A stretch of DNA of 64,000 nucleotides from Octopus sinensis (taxonomy: Eukaryota): NCBI RefSeq assembly GCF_006345805.1, contig NC_043000.1, positions 114,700,001 to 114,764,000 of the forward strand, in the 5' to 3' direction. Below the pieces are notes generated by a model. The model ran no database searches. It saw only the letters and a list, made by a program, of their open reading frames with translations, and was not told where the DNA came from. Both the position numbers and the translations under genes were made by a program. Of this stretch, positions 63,941 through 64,000 are shown piece after piece. The first letter of the stretch is position 1, and every line of letters begins with the position of its first letter.

Positions 63941-64000
63941 TATCATCATCATCATCATCAGCATTTAGCATCCGCTTTCCATGCTAGCATGGGTTGGACG

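Overview
AT-rich, repeat-dominated animal genomic DNA; the SINE and microsatellite content suggests an octopus (inference, no database search run). One host gene is recognisable: a YAE1 homologue on the minus strand, with coding exon 1 at 39049-38879, a 34.7-kb phase-0 intron and coding exon 2 at 4131-4010. Exon 3 was not found in the window. The rest is tRNA-derived and RTE-tailed SINEs, RTE LINE, mariner, Helitron and MITE remnants, microsatellites and a 5'-truncated U6 snRNA pseudogene. The most notable mobile structure is a young Penelope-like element (RT + GIY-YIG) arranged as a 5.6-kb head-to-head palindrome, whose two arms carry complementary frameshifts and promoter-like 3' modules. 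Three short PLE-type fragments carry degenerate minimal hammerhead ribozyme motifs. No CRISPR, rRNA or true tRNA genes were seen. Family letters A-D and F are my own labels. Repeat boundaries are approximate (about +/-10-20 bp) unless a TSD, TIR or splice site is quoted.
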